A stretch of DNA of 64,000 nt from an uncultured Ruminococcus sp. (GCA_947627625.1 CANQWR010000006.1:11571-75570); one strand, 5' to 3'; shown: positions 38,401 through 49,376, counted from the stretch's first letter. Translations and numbers: made by a program. Notes: generated by a model from the sequence alone, not told the origin.

Positions 38401-40719
38401 ATGAAAACAGAGAGCTTGCTTGTGTACGATGCCCCTGCGGAAAATTTTGACGAGGCGATACCTGTCGGAAACGGAAGGCTTGGCGGAATGATTTTCGGCA
38501 GTCCCGTTGACGAGGTAATAAAGCTCAACGAGGATTCCGTCTGGTCGGGAGGACTTAGAAACAGGGTCAACCCCAACGCAAAAGAGGGTTTCAAAGAGGT
38601 CAGGGAACTGATTTTTCAGGAGCGTATACCCGAAGCGGAACAGACGGCTTCCGAAAAATTACAGGGAGTTTCGCCCGATATGCGGCACTATATGCCGCTT
38701 TGCGACTTGAATATACATATGGAACTCGGCGGAAAGGCGAGGGAGTATTCAAGACATCTTGACATATCGGAAGCTGTTTCGGACGTGGAATTCAGGGTGA
38801 ACGGGGTACTTTTCAGGAGAGAGGTGTTTGTGTCTGCCCCCGACAATGTACTTGCTGTGAGAGTCTGGTGCGAAGAGGGTGGCAGTATAGATCTTGACTG
38901 CTGTATAGACGGCAGGGACGATTTTTATGACGACAACAGACCCTGTTCGGAAAATGCACTGATGTACACGGGCGGTACGGGCAGTAAGACGGGTATACTG
39001 TTTGCGGTGTGTGCGGGAGCGTATGCAGTCGGGGGAACTCTGAGAACACTGGGGGGAAAACTCCGTGTGAGAGATGCGGACGAGGTAGTTATAGTGCTGT
39101 CTGCAAGGACGAGTTTTTACATGAAAAATTACAAAAATACCGCCAAGAGGGACGTTGAAAAGGCTATTAAAGCGGGTTGGGAGAAACTTTTTGCAAGGCA
39201 CACAAAGGACTATAAAAATCTGTTCGACAGGGTCAGACTGAACCTGAACGACAACAGCGGTGTGGACACTTCCGCAATGACGACGGCAGAGAGGATAGTC
39301 AGACTCCGTGGAGATGAACTCAACAGCAAGGACTGTGAGAGACTTATCCATGACAATAAACTGATAGAGTTATTTTTCAATTTCAGCAGATATCTTATGA
39401 TTTCGGCGAGCCGTCCGGGGACACAGCCCATGAACCTACAGGGCATATGGAATGCAGACCCCGAGCCTATATGGGGAAGCCGTTACACGGTGAACGTCAA
39501 CACTCAGATGAACTACTGGACAGCGGAGAGCTGCAATCTGTCGGAGTGTCATTTGCCGTTGTTTGATTTGCTGGAGAGAGTTTGCGAGAACGGCAAAAAA
39601 GTTGCGAAAGAGATGTACGGCATAGAGAGAGGTTTTGTGTGTCACCACAATACGGACATATGGGGAGACTGTGCCCCGCAGGACTGGTGGACACCTGCTA
39701 CAATATGGTGTATGGGCGGAGCGTGGCTTGCACTTCATATTTTCGAGCATTACGAGTATACTATGGACAGGGATTTTCTTGCGGAGAAGTACCACATACT
39801 GAAAGAGTCGGCGGAATTTTTCACGGAGTACCTTGTTGAGGACAGTGAGGGCAGACTTGTTACCTGTCCGTCTGTGTCGCCCGAAAACACCTATCTCACG
39901 GAAAACGGAGTAAAGGGAAGTCTCTGTGCAGGTCCTTCAATGGACTCACAGATAATAACGGTGCTTTTCAGGGACGTTATAAAGTCGACGGAAATTCTCG
40001 GCATTGATGAGGACTTTGCGGAAGAGCTCAAAAAAATGCTTGAAAAACTGCCGTCCCCCGAAATAGGCAAATACGGACAGATAAAGGAGTGGGCGGTTGA
40101 CTATGACGAGGTTGAAGTTGGTCACAGGCACATCTCACAGCTGTTTGCACTCTTTCCCGCTGATTTGATTTCACCCGAAAAAACTCCCAAACTTGCGGAC
40201 GCATCGAGGGCGACACTTGTCCGCAGACTTATCCACGGCGGAAACCACAAGGGCTGGAGTTGTGCATGGATAGCGAATATGTGGGCAAGACTCTACGACG
40301 GCAGAATGGTGTATGAAAATATCAAAAGACTGCTTTTGAGTTCCACAAACCCGAATATGCTGTGCACGCACCCGCCTTTTCAGATAGACGCAAATTTCGG
40401 CGGAGCGTCGGCTATAGTGGAGTCTCTTATGCAGAGCCACAGCGGAGAGATAAATATACTGCCCGCCCTGCCCGACACGTGGAACAGCGGAAGTGTCAGC
40501 GGACTAAAAGCAAAGGGAGGATTTGAAGTCAGCATAGAGTGGCAGGACGGAAAACTCACGGCTGCAAATATAGTCTCCCACATGGGACGGGAGTGCAGAG
40601 TGCGGACGAACACTGTCGCAAGCATACTGTGTGACGGAGAGAGAGTGGACTCAATGATAGAGGACGGTGCGATAATTTTCAGCACCACAGCGGGAAAGAG
40701 GTACACTATAAAGCCCTGA
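38401..40719 (+). CDS. GH95 alpha-L-fucosidase
   Basis: PVGNGRLG, NLQGIWN, NVNTQMNYW, SPEN, HRHISQL, PPFQIDANFG. Confidence 0.93.
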   Translation: MKTESLLVYDAPAENFDEAIPVGNGRLGGMIFGSPVDEVIKLNEDSVWSGGLRNRVNPNAKEGFKEVRELIFQERIPEAEQTASEKLQGVSPDMRHYMPLCDLNIHMELGGKAREYSRHLDISEAVSDVEFRVNGVLFRREVFVSAPDNVLAVRVWCEEGGSIDLDCCIDGRDDFYDDNRPCSENALMYTGGTGSKTGILFAVCAGAYAVGGTLRTLGGKLRVRDADEVVIVLSARTSFYMKNYKNTAKRDVEKAIKAGWEKLFARHTKDYKNLFDRVRLNLNDNSGVDTSAMTTAERIVRLRGDELNSKDCERLIHDNKLIELFFNFSRYLMISASRPGTQPMNLQGIWNADPEPIWGSRYTVNVNTQMNYWTAESCNLSECHLPLFDLLERVCENGKKVAKEMYGIERGFVCHHNTDIWGDCAPQDWWTPATIWCMGGAWLALHIFEHYEYTMDRDFLAEKYHILKESAEFFTEYLVEDSEGRLVTCPSVSPENTYLTENGVKGSLCAGPSMDSQIITVLFRDVIKSTEILGIDEDFAEELKKMLEKLPSPEIGKYGQIKEWAVDYDEVEVGHRHISQLFALFPADLISPEKTPKLADASRATLVRRLIHGGNHKGWSCAWIANMWARLYDGRMVYENIKRLLLSSTNPNMLCTHPPFQIDANFGGASAIVESLMQSHSGEINILPALPDTWNSGSVSGLKAKGGFEVSIEWQDGKLTAANIVSHMGRECRVRTNTVASILCDGERVDSMIEDGAIIFSTTAGKRYTIKP

Positions 40720-40758
40720 CGTAAATTTTAAGCAGAAACGGAACAGAGAGGAAATAAT

Positions 40759-42486
40759 ATGAAAAAATTTATAGCAATTTTGTGTGCAGTATTGGTGCTT
40801 AGTTCGTGCAGTACGATAAGCAAATCACAGTCGGGAGAGGTGGAGATTTCCGAAAACTCTTCCGGGGAAGTCTCACAGCAGGAGAGTGAGGAGGAGGTTT
40901 CGGGGGAGACACAGGTCTCTGCAAATTCGGGACAGTCGGAAAACAGCGAGACATCTGTCGAGACATATCCCGACTACCCCGTTTCATATCCCGAGATAGA
41001 ACAGCAGGAGACGGGGGAAATTTATGAAGCGGAAAAGGCGGAGCTTGCACAGGGACTTTCGGTTTTGTCCGATGTAATTGACGGCAATAGCGGTGAAAAT
41101 GCGGTAAATTCCGAGAGTAGTGACGGGGAGGATTCCGAAAACAAGGGCTACAGCGGTGACGGCTATGTGACGGGTTTTTCGTCGGACGGGAGCAGGACGG
41201 TCAGATTTATCGCAAAAGCCCCCACTACTCAGCACTACGACATATCTTTCAGCATATCGTCCGACAGTGAGGTAAATTGCGACGTGATTGTGAACGGCGA
41301 GACTGTCGGCAATTTCAACACAAAGAGCAACGGCAAGTTCACTCTTGTGACAACTTACGGCATATTTCTCTCACAGGGAGACGTTGAAGTGACCATAGTT
41401 CCGCACGGCGATGTCAAACTTGACTATATGAAATTCTCAAACGACACGTCACTGAGCAATCTGAGTTATAAAGCAGAGGCGGACACCAACACAAACAGGA
41501 GTGAACAGGCACAGAAACTCATGACGTTTTTTCATGAAAATTACGGGGAGTACATGATTTCGGGACAGTATGCGGAAAACTCCGACAACAAAGAGCTTGA
41601 ACTTGTGTACAACACCACGGGCAAATATCCCGTCATAAGGTTTTCTGCACTCCACAACAAGGGGGACTCCTTTGAAGATTGCTATGACAATATTCAGGCG
41701 AGTGCGGACTGGTACAACAACGGCGGTATAGCAGGGCTTATGTGGTACTGGGAAGCACCGTGCGAAAAGCGTTCCGTATATTCGGAGGAGACGGACTTTA
41801 GTCTTTCGGCGGTTATGGACTCCGCAAATGCAGACGAAAGTCTTGACAATCTTGCACAGATGTCGCCCGAAGAACTGATGCAGATGTACGGAGAGGGCAG
41901 AATTTCAAAAGATTTGTACGGACTCATGTCCGATTTGGACAACATGGCGGGACTTCTCAAATCGCTTAAAGATAAAGGTGTACCCGTACTTTGGAGACCC
42001 CTACACGAGGCTTACGGAGACTGGTTCTGGTGGGGTGCGGACGGTGCAGAGGCTTATAACTGGCTTTGGAACTTGATGTACGACAGGTTCACAAAATACT
42101 ACTCACTTGACAATCTGATATGGATTTGGAACGGACAGAGTGCGGGAACACTTGTCGATATAAACACTTTTGACATAGCTTCTCTTGACATTTATCTTGA
42201 CAGCGAAAAGAGTTTTGACAGCAGATATGAGCAGTTTGCGTCTTTGCAGAAAATAGTCGGAGGGGGGAAACTTCTTGCACTCAGTGAGTGCAGTGAAGTC
42301 CCCGATGCAGACCTTGCGTTCCGTGACAATTCGGTGTGGCTTTTCTATGGTCTCTGGTACGGGGAGTATCTTCAGGACGAATCGGGTAATTATTCGGAGA
42401 AATACTGTCCGAAAGAGGATTTTATAAAAAATTACAATTCGGACGGCGTGCTGACCCTTGACGAGTATATGGCACTTAACGAGTGA
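40759..42486 (+). CDS. Lipoprotein GH26 beta-mannanase with a CBM35-like module
   Basis: Lipobox LSSC; YEAE...GYSGDGYV module; WRPLHE...WFWWG and ALSEC motifs. Confidence 0.85.
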   Translation: MKKFIAILCAVLVLSSCSTISKSQSGEVEISENSSGEVSQQESEEEVSGETQVSANSGQSENSETSVETYPDYPVSYPEIEQQETGEIYEAEKAELAQGLSVLSDVIDGNSGENAVNSESSDGEDSENKGYSGDGYVTGFSSDGSRTVRFIAKAPTTQHYDISFSISSDSEVNCDVIVNGETVGNFNTKSNGKFTLVTTYGIFLSQGDVEVTIVPHGDVKLDYMKFSNDTSLSNLSYKAEADTNTNRSEQAQKLMTFFHENYGEYMISGQYAENSDNKELELVYNTTGKYPVIRFSALHNKGDSFEDCYDNIQASADWYNNGGIAGLMWYWEAPCEKRSVYSEETDFSLSAVMDSANADESLDNLAQMSPEELMQMYGEGRISKDLYGLMSDLDNMAGLLKSLKDKGVPVLWRPLHEAYGDWFWWGADGAEAYNWLWNLMYDRFTKYYSLDNLIWIWNGQSAGTLVDINTFDIASLDIYLDSEKSFDSRYEQFASLQKIVGGGKLLALSECSEVPDADLAFRDNSVWLFYGLWYGEYLQDESGNYSEKYCPKEDFIKNYNSDGVLTLDEYMALNE

Positions 42487-42502
42487 AGTAATGGTTGTAT
42501 TG

Positions 42503-42770
42503 TCTTGTGGGGGGCTCTGCCTTGTGGGGGGCTCTGCCTTGTGGGGGGCTCTGCCCCCCACTCCCCCCGCCAAAGGGGGAAACCCCCTTTGGAAACCCAT
42601 AATTAAATGCTTTTAGTTTTCCCACTATTCAAGTAACAGTAAGACTTGACTAAGCCCATCATGGGGGTTCGGGGGGATACTTCCCCCCGACGGGGGTTTG
42701 GGGGCAGAGCCCCCTGCCTCTTAGACTAAAACAGGGGGTTTGGGGGGGCGAAGCCCCCCAACAGTCCACC
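42503..42770 (+). repeat. GC-rich palindromic repeat, copy 12
   Basis: Three tandem TTGTGGGGGGCTCTGCC followed by core modules. Confidence 0.8.
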
Positions 42771-42836
42771 AAAAAAATATTTTCTGTGACAATTGCGGGC
42801 TGTTCAGCATATAGTATCAAGAGGAGATGATATACT

Positions 42837-44654
42837 ATGTGCGGAATAGCAGGAGTAATAAGTTTTATTGATGACATGAGGGCAGAGAGCGAAAACTGTG
42901 CGGGAATGCAGAGGGCTATGTTACGCAGAGGTCCTGACCAGAGGGGAATTTTTCTGTCGGAGGAGTGTGCTTTTGTACACACGAGACTTGCGGTCATTGA
43001 CATAGAGGGCGGACGTCAGCCGATGACTTTTTCGGATTTTACGATAGTGTACAACGGGGAACTCTATAACACACAGGAGATAAAAAAAGAACTTGAGAGC
43101 GAGTTTGAATTTGAGACCACCTCCGATACTGAAGTAGTTTTGAAAAGCTATGTGAAGTGGGGAGAGAAGTGCGTTGAAAAGTTCAACGGGATATTTGCCT
43201 TTGCGGTTTACGACAGAAAACAGCACAGGGTATTTTTTGCGAGAGACAGAATAGGGGTGAAACCGCTTTTTTACTGGGAGAGTCCCGACAGAAAAAAACT
43301 TGTGTTTGCGTCCGAAATAACGGCACTCTTGGAGTACCCCGAAATCCCACACAGGATAGACGAGGAGGGAGTTGCGGAGATAATTCTGACTGCACCGGGA
43401 CGTACTCCCGGGTGCGGGGTCATAAAAAACATAAAGGAGATAAGACCGGGGTGGTGCGGATTTTATAATAAAAATGGTCTCAAAATTTGGGAGTACTGGA
43501 GACTCAGGGCTTATGAACTCCACGAGACTTTTGAGGAGACAGCGGAACACGTCCGTGAACTTCTGCTTGACTCAATAAAGAGACAGCTTGTGTCGGACGT
43601 ACCTGTCTGCACGTTTCTTTCGGGGGGACTTGATTCGAGTTTAATATCTTCCGTGACGGCAAGCGAAATGAAAAAACAGGGGAAAATTCTGGACACTTTT
43701 TCGATAGACTACAAGGACAATGAAAAATATTTTCAGAAGAGTCACTTTCAGCCGAACAGTGACCCCGAATATATAAATATAATGTCGGAATATCTGGGTA
43801 CGAACCACCACTGGACCGTTGTTGACACTCCCGAACTTGTTGAGGCTCTTGACGAGGCTGTTGAGGCGAGGGGACTGCCTGGAATGTCCGATGTAGACGC
43901 TTCACTTCTCATATTTTGTCGTGAGATAAAAAAGCACGGCACTGTTGCGTTGTCGGGGGAGTGTGCGGACGAAATTTTCGGAGGGTATCCGTGGTACAGG
44001 GATAAGGACATAAGGGAGACGGACGGTTTCCCGTGGGCACAGAGTACGGCTTACAGAAAATTGTTCCTGAACGAAAAATATTCAAAACTGATAAATGCGG
44101 AGGAGTACATATATAATTTATATAGAAATACAGCGGACTACGCCGAAAAACTCCCCACAGACGACAGCGTGAACTACAGAATGCGTGAGATGACACAGCT
44201 GAATTTCCACTGGTTTATGCAGACTCTTCTTGACAGAAAAGACAGAATGAGTATGTACAGCGGTCTTGAGGTGAGAGTGCCGTTTTGCGACTACAGAATA
44301 GCGGAATATCTGTACAATGTCAAGTGGGAGTACAAAGACTGGCAGGGGCGTGAAAAGGGTCTTTTAAGGGAAGCTATGAAAGACTGGTTGCCGAAAGAGG
44401 TTCTGTGGCGTAAAAAAAGTCCCTACCCGAAAACACACAACCCGTCTTTCTTAAACGCCGTGACAGAGAAGTTAAAAAATATAATTTCGGAGGATACTCC
44501 CCTGACGGAGCTTGTAAACAAAAGCGAACTCCAAAGGCTTGTCAACCACGAAACACACATACAGTGGTACGGACAGCTCATGAATCTCCCGCAGACAATA
44601 GCCTTTTTCATACAGCTTGACTACTGGCTGAAAAGATTTGAAATAGAGTTCTGA
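42837..44654 (+). CDS. asnB: Asparagine synthase (glutamine-hydrolysing)
   Basis: MCGIAG N-terminus, RGPD, NGELYN, LSGGLDSS, SGECADE. Confidence 0.95.
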   Translation: MCGIAGVISFIDDMRAESENCAGMQRAMLRRGPDQRGIFLSEECAFVHTRLAVIDIEGGRQPMTFSDFTIVYNGELYNTQEIKKELESEFEFETTSDTEVVLKSYVKWGEKCVEKFNGIFAFAVYDRKQHRVFFARDRIGVKPLFYWESPDRKKLVFASEITALLEYPEIPHRIDEEGVAEIILTAPGRTPGCGVIKNIKEIRPGWCGFYNKNGLKIWEYWRLRAYELHETFEETAEHVRELLLDSIKRQLVSDVPVCTFLSGGLDSSLISSVTASEMKKQGKILDTFSIDYKDNEKYFQKSHFQPNSDPEYINIMSEYLGTNHHWTVVDTPELVEALDEAVEARGLPGMSDVDASLLIFCREIKKHGTVALSGECADEIFGGYPWYRDKDIRETDGFPWAQSTAYRKLFLNEKYSKLINAEEYIYNLYRNTADYAEKLPTDDSVNYRMREMTQLNFHWFMQTLLDRKDRMSMYSGLEVRVPFCDYRIAEYLYNVKWEYKDWQGREKGLLREAMKDWLPKEVLWRKKSPYPKTHNPSFLNAVTEKLKNIISEDTPLTELVNKSELQRLVNHETHIQWYGQLMNLPQTIAFFIQLDYWLKRFEIEF

Positions 44655-44656
44655 AA

Positions 44657-44884
44657 ATGGCAAATCTTAGCGAGCTTAAAGAGGGCGAGAGGGGAGTTAT
44701 ATGCCGTGTCGGGATAGACGGCAAAATGCGTAGCCGTCTGAGCAGTCTGGGGGTAATTCCCGGCACGGAAGTTACCTGTCTGCACAGGAGTTTTTCGGGG
44801 GGAATGACGGCATATCTTGTCAAGGGGGCAGTTATAGCGATAAGGCAGAGTGATTCTCTGTGCATAATAGTCAAAAAGGAGTAA
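44657..44884 (+). CDS. feoA: FeoA family protein
   Basis: LSELKEGE-x-G...RL-x-SLG-x-IPGT...IAIR. Confidence 0.85.
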   Translation: MANLSELKEGERGVICRVGIDGKMRSRLSSLGVIPGTEVTCLHRSFSGGMTAYLVKGAVIAIRQSDSLCIIVKKE

Positions 44885-44958
44885 AAAAAGACCTGTCATT
44901 TTGTGGCAGGTCACAATTTTGCACAAAAATTTCCCTGAAAATTTGTGCAAAATACCAC

Positions 44959-44994
44959 TTGCTTTTTTTTTTTTTTTTTTTTTTATGCTATAAT
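44959..44994 (+). promoter_or_regulatory. Promoter with a poly-T(22) spacer
   Basis: TTGC-T22-ATGC-TATAAT. Confidence 0.8.
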
Positions 44995-45028
44995 AATTAT
45001 ATTATATAATAATCTCAGGAGGTTTTAT

Positions 45029-45871
45029 ATGAAAAAACTTTTATCAATCGTTCTCACGGGTGCACTCGCTCTCTCGGGGGGAGTTTACTGTATAAGAAAT
45101 ACTAATGATTTTTCAGCGTTTTCATTCACAATGGGTACTTATGAACAATTTGGATATTATATTAGATATTATAAATATGAAGACCATGTTGAAATTTCGG
45201 GTTGTGATAAATCGGCAACAGAAGTTGTTATTCCTGACGAAATAGATGGATTACCCGTTACTGAAATAGAAGGGTCTGCCTTTAATGCCTGTGCAAAGAT
45301 GACATCAGTAACTATTCCCAATTCTGTTACAGAAATTGGTCATGGAGCTTTTAGTATGTGCTTAAGCCTTATATCAGTAACTATTCCCGATTCTGTTACA
45401 AAATTGGACGATAGTGCTTTTTATTGTTGTGAAAGCCTTCCATCAATAACTATTCCCAATTCTGTTAAATCAATTGGTAGGTATGCTTTTGACGAGTGTG
45501 TAAAACTTGAGTCTGTCACAATAGAAAATCCATATTGTGACATTTATGACAACGCTAACACAATCAGCGACACGGCTGTGATTTACGGCTATGAAAATTC
45601 AACGGCACAGGGATACGCAGAAAAATATAACAGAGAATTTGTCGTTATTGACGGACAGACAACAGAGGAAGTCAAAGGCGATGTGAACGGCGATAACTCC
45701 GTTACCATTGCGGACGCTGTTGCTATCTTGCAGTATCTCGCCAATTCGGACGAGTACGCCCTCAGCGAACAGGGCTTGAAAAATGCGGACGTTCTCGGCG
45801 ATGACGGCGTGAACACAGAGGACGCTCTACAGATACAGAAACTTGATGCAGGTGTCATTGATAAGTTATAA
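45029..45871 (+). CDS. BspA-type LRR protein with dockerin
   Basis: AGGAGG RBS, MKKLLSIV signal peptide, LRR_5 repeats, dockerin. Confidence 0.92.
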   Translation: MKKLLSIVLTGALALSGGVYCIRNTNDFSAFSFTMGTYEQFGYYIRYYKYEDHVEISGCDKSATEVVIPDEIDGLPVTEIEGSAFNACAKMTSVTIPNSVTEIGHGAFSMCLSLISVTIPDSVTKLDDSAFYCCESLPSITIPNSVKSIGRYAFDECVKLESVTIENPYCDIYDNANTISDTAVIYGYENSTAQGYAEKYNREFVVIDGQTTEEVKGDVNGDNSVTIADAVAILQYLANSDEYALSEQGLKNADVLGDDGVNTEDALQIQKLDAGVIDKL

Positions 45872-45989
45872 AACAAAATTAAAGCTGTCGGTTCAGTCCG
45901 ACAGTTTTTTTATTTTTATTTAACTTAATAAAAAAACTGCCGTCGGGATAACCCCCGACAGCAGCCGCCCTGAAAAACGGGAAATCAAA

Positions 45990-46250
45990 CTATCTCTGTT
46001 CACAAATCAGCTTTATGGCAGTTCTCTCTTCGCCGTCAATCTGGATATTTGCGAAAGCGGGAATGCAGACGAGGTCAACGCCTATCGGAGCGAGATAACC
46101 TCTTGCGATAGCGATTGCCTTTACAGCCTGATTTGCTGCACCTGCACCGACAGCCTGAACTTCTACCTGTTTTTGTTCTCTTATTACTCCGGCAATAGCT
46201 CCCGCAACGGAGTTGGGAGATGAGTGTGATGATACCTTTAGAATTTCCAT
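45990..46250 (-). CDS. spoVS: Stage V sporulation protein S
   Basis: MEILKVSS-x-S-x-PNSVAGAIAG...GAGA-x-NQAVKAIAIARG. Confidence 0.96.
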   Translation of the reverse strand: MEILKVSSHSSPNSVAGAIAGVIREQKQVEVQAVGAGAANQAVKAIAIARGYLAPIGVDLVCIPAFANIQIDGEERTAIKLICEQR

Positions 46251-46584
46251 AATTATAACCCTCCTGTTTTTCGATTAACGCCCCGAGAGGTGCGGAGACT
46301 TCCCGTAGACGCAAAGTGATTATGTCTGTCAGACACGGATTGCCGAGACACTCTGCCTGTGGAGAGAATGTCGGGTAAATCCGTTAGTGTAAATCCTTTG
46401 GTATTATATCACACTTTTTTTGAAAATGCAATAGTTTTTCACAAATTTGTAAATAATTTCATAACAGACGTGTTTAATTTGTTGGAAATGACAATTTTTT
46501 CGTCATAATAAACATATATTCTGTTTGAAAACGATTGACTTTAGAACTCTTGTTAAGATAAAATTTAATTTATGTTATTAAGGG

Positions 46585-46895
46585 GACACGGGGGGACTTG
46601 AGATTTGGGGGACGTTTTCCCAAAGCTCCGTGAACGATAAGGGGCAGGGGGGTGTTTGGGGAGTGTGACCCCTCTTGACCTTAAAAATTCAAACATTAGA
46701 ATATCATGGGGGTCTGGGGTGTCCCCATTTTCAAATCATCCCTCAGCAGGGTCAAGGGGAGGAGTCCCTTGTGGGGGGTAGGAAAAAGTCTTCCGCCCTT
46801 AAATGTTTCCTCTGTGGGAATAATCATGGGGGGTCTGGGGGGATACTTCCCCCCAGCGGGGGTTTGGGGTTGTACCCCCCCTTGACCCCCATAAT
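46585..46895. repeat. Degenerate GC-rich palindromic repeat, copy 13
   Basis: Fragments of the core module in both orientations. Confidence 0.7.
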
Positions 46896-46948
46896 TATTC
46901 TACTGTTTTAATTTTAGAGCTTTTTGGGGTTCGGGGGAAAATTGCACA

Positions 46949-47731
46949 TTATCTCTCCAAAATACGCTCAATGCTGACGGCACGTCCCGATTTTTCGTCA
47001 AATTCAACACACACTCCGCACATAAAGCAGTCCCCCTCAGCCTGTCTGAAACCCGTGGAAGTCCTGAATCTGAACATATTCACGGAGTCCACAGTCTCAA
47101 CACCGAGACAGGAATTTTCAACTCCTGTCATACCGAGGTCGGTTATATAAGCCGTACAAGATTTCAAAATGCACTCATCAGCGGTCTGGACGTGCGTATG
47201 AGTGCCGAAAACACCTGTTACACGTTCGGCGAGGTAGAAACCCATAGCCTTTTTTTCGGAAGTAGCTTCTGCATGGAAGTCGAGAAAAATATTCGGAGTG
47301 TCCGAGAGAGATTTTATTTCTTTCAGAATATTATCTATTTTTGAAAAGGGGTTGTCAAGGGGTTCGAGGGAGACAGTTCCGAGGAGATTTATAACGGCGA
47401 CGGAGTAAGTACCCATATCTATAATGGCGTAACCCCGTCCCGCACAGCCGCCTTCGGGGTAATTTGCAGGTCTTATGATAAAATTTTTATCATAGACATC
47501 GAGAAAATTTTTCTGTCTGAAAGCGTGGTTTCCCGAAGTTATGAGGTCTGCACCCGAGTTAATGATAGAGTTTGCGGTTTCGGTAGTTATGCCGTTTCCC
47601 CTTGCGGAGTTTTCGCCGTTCACGACAGCCATGTCCGCACGGTATTTTTTTTTGGTTTTTCTGAGTTTTTCCGAGAGGAAACCGCAGCCTGCACTTCCCA
47701 CGACATCACCTATAAACAGTATTCTTTTCAA
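46949..47731 (-). CDS. ymdB: YmdB-family metallophosphoesterase
   Basis: ILFIGDVVG, NGEN, TSGNH, DFHAEATSEK, GTHTHVQT. Confidence 0.93.
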   Translation of the reverse strand: MKRILFIGDVVGSAGCGFLSEKLRKTKKKYRADMAVVNGENSARGNGITTETANSIINSGADLITSGNHAFRQKNFLDVYDKNFIIRPANYPEGGCAGRGYAIIDMGTYSVAVINLLGTVSLEPLDNPFSKIDNILKEIKSLSDTPNIFLDFHAEATSEKKAMGFYLAERVTGVFGTHTHVQTADECILKSCTAYITDLGMTGVENSCLGVETVDSVNMFRFRTSTGFRQAEGDCFMCGVCVEFDEKSGRAVSIERILER

Positions 47732-47767
47732 AACATTTTCCTTTCAAATTTTGATTTTCGGAGTTTT

Positions 47768-48221
47768 GCCTTGTGGGGCGGAGTCCCCTGCCCCTTATTT
47801 TTTCCTTTGTGGGAACAATCATGGGGGGTCTGGGGGCGGAGCCCCCAGTGGGGGTTCAGGGGGCGAAGTCCCCTGCCTCTAATCGTTCTAATTAAAATTT
47901 GCACATTCTCCGACAGTTCACAAATCAAAGAAATTTCCAAAAAAATATAATTTTAGAAAAATTATTTTTTGGGCGAAGTCCCCTGCCTCTAATCGTTCTA
48001 ATTAAAACTTGCCCATTTCCCGACAGTTCACAAATCAAAGAAATTTCTAAAAAAATATAATTTTAGAAAAATTATTTTTTGGGCAAAGCCCCCTGCCCCT
48101 AATTGTTCTAATTAAAATTTGCATGAAGTCCCCGACAGCCCGCAAGTCAAAGAAATTTCTAAAAAAATATAATTTTAGAAAAATTATTTTTTGGGCGAAG
48201 CCCCCTGCCTCTTATCGTTCT
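47768..48221 (+). repeat. GC-rich palindromic repeat, copy 14, with three tandem ~110-bp units
   Basis: Units near 47870, 47980 and 48089. Confidence 0.9.
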
Positions 48222-48297
48222 GAAATAAATCTCTTGCAAAATTGTGTTATTTGTATTATAATAAATCTGTCCGAGTTTTTTCGGGACGGCTTGAATT

Positions 48298-49029
48298 TCA
48301 GTATCCTCTGTTTCCGTCGCTGCTGTTGCGGTATTTTGCCCTTGTCCTTGCGATACTCTCCTCACTCCTTTTTATCAGGTTGAGAAGTGAGGACGAATAG
48401 GGTGCGTAGTCCTTTTGGAGTATGGAAGTAGTCATATAGAGAGTTTCAAAATCGGTCACGCAGTCGTTGCCGTCAAGGGGTATTCCGCAGGACGCAGCTT
48501 TTATGTCGGCTTCATTCATGGAAATTATAGCGTCTGCACTGTCGTTTGCTATTACTTTCGGTATGCGGAAAAGTTTCTGGTCGTTGTGGGGGTTTGCGTT
48601 GTAAATCAGCCTGAACAGTTTGTACACGGAGAGCATAAGGTATGATGAGACCTCTTTTATCAGGGTTATACTTCCTGCTTTCTGTGCGAGGTTGAACAGG
48701 AGACTTATTGAGTTGTTTATAATTCTCCTGTTGAAGTTTATGATTTCGGGAGAGGGCATTTTGAGATTGTTATTTCCGTCGTCGTCGGGAATATCTTCAA
48801 TAGTTATGACCTTGCCCTCAGGTTCGGGAGTTCTGCCGAGGAGGTAGTCGCAGGAGACATTGTAGTAATCGGCAATTTTTACAAGGAACGTCAGACCGCA
48901 CTCACGGATTCCCTTTTCGTAGTGGGAGAGCAGAGCCTGTGAGATACCGAGGTCAGCGGCAGCCTGTTTCTGACTTATACGTCTTTCTTTTCTTTGCAGA
49001 GTTATTATTCTTGCGAAATCGCTGTTCAT
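48298..49029 (-). CDS. XRE-family HTH transcriptional regulator
   Basis: SQKQAAADLGISQALLSHYEKG-x-RE...VSCDYLLG. Confidence 0.9.
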   Translation of the reverse strand: MNSDFARIITLQRKERRISQKQAAADLGISQALLSHYEKGIRECGLTFLVKIADYYNVSCDYLLGRTPEPEGKVITIEDIPDDDGNNNLKMPSPEIINFNRRIINNSISLLFNLAQKAGSITLIKEVSSYLMLSVYKLFRLIYNANPHNDQKLFRIPKVIANDSADAIISMNEADIKAASCGIPLDGNDCVTDFETLYMTTSILQKDYAPYSSSLLNLIKRSEESIARTRAKYRNSSDGNRGY

Positions 49030-49376
49030 ATATCTTTCCTCCTGATTATATCGGACACATAATGTTGCGGTTGAAAATTAAATTAGATTAAAAAATGTGT
49101 CGGTGTAGCTCTCCGACTCAAAACAGCGGAGAGAGTTTATTATAATATGTAAATCTGTGAACAATTCACAGCCGTCTGATACGAGTTAATCAATCCTATA
49201 ATATTATAATACAAATTGTATAATAAGTAAATAGGCATAGTGACGAAAAAATTGTGTGCGTTTAGTATATTTATTACAGAAAATATATAAACATTATCCG
49301 CACGGGAGAAAATTCAGGATATTTATAACTCACAGTAAAAAACGGTGCGAAAAAAACAGGACAGGAGTGATGTTTT

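Noticed and set aside
44945..45028. Poly-Phe N-terminal extension of the LRR ORF
   Set aside because: It is the promoter poly-T tract; the real start is ATG 45029 after AGGAGG
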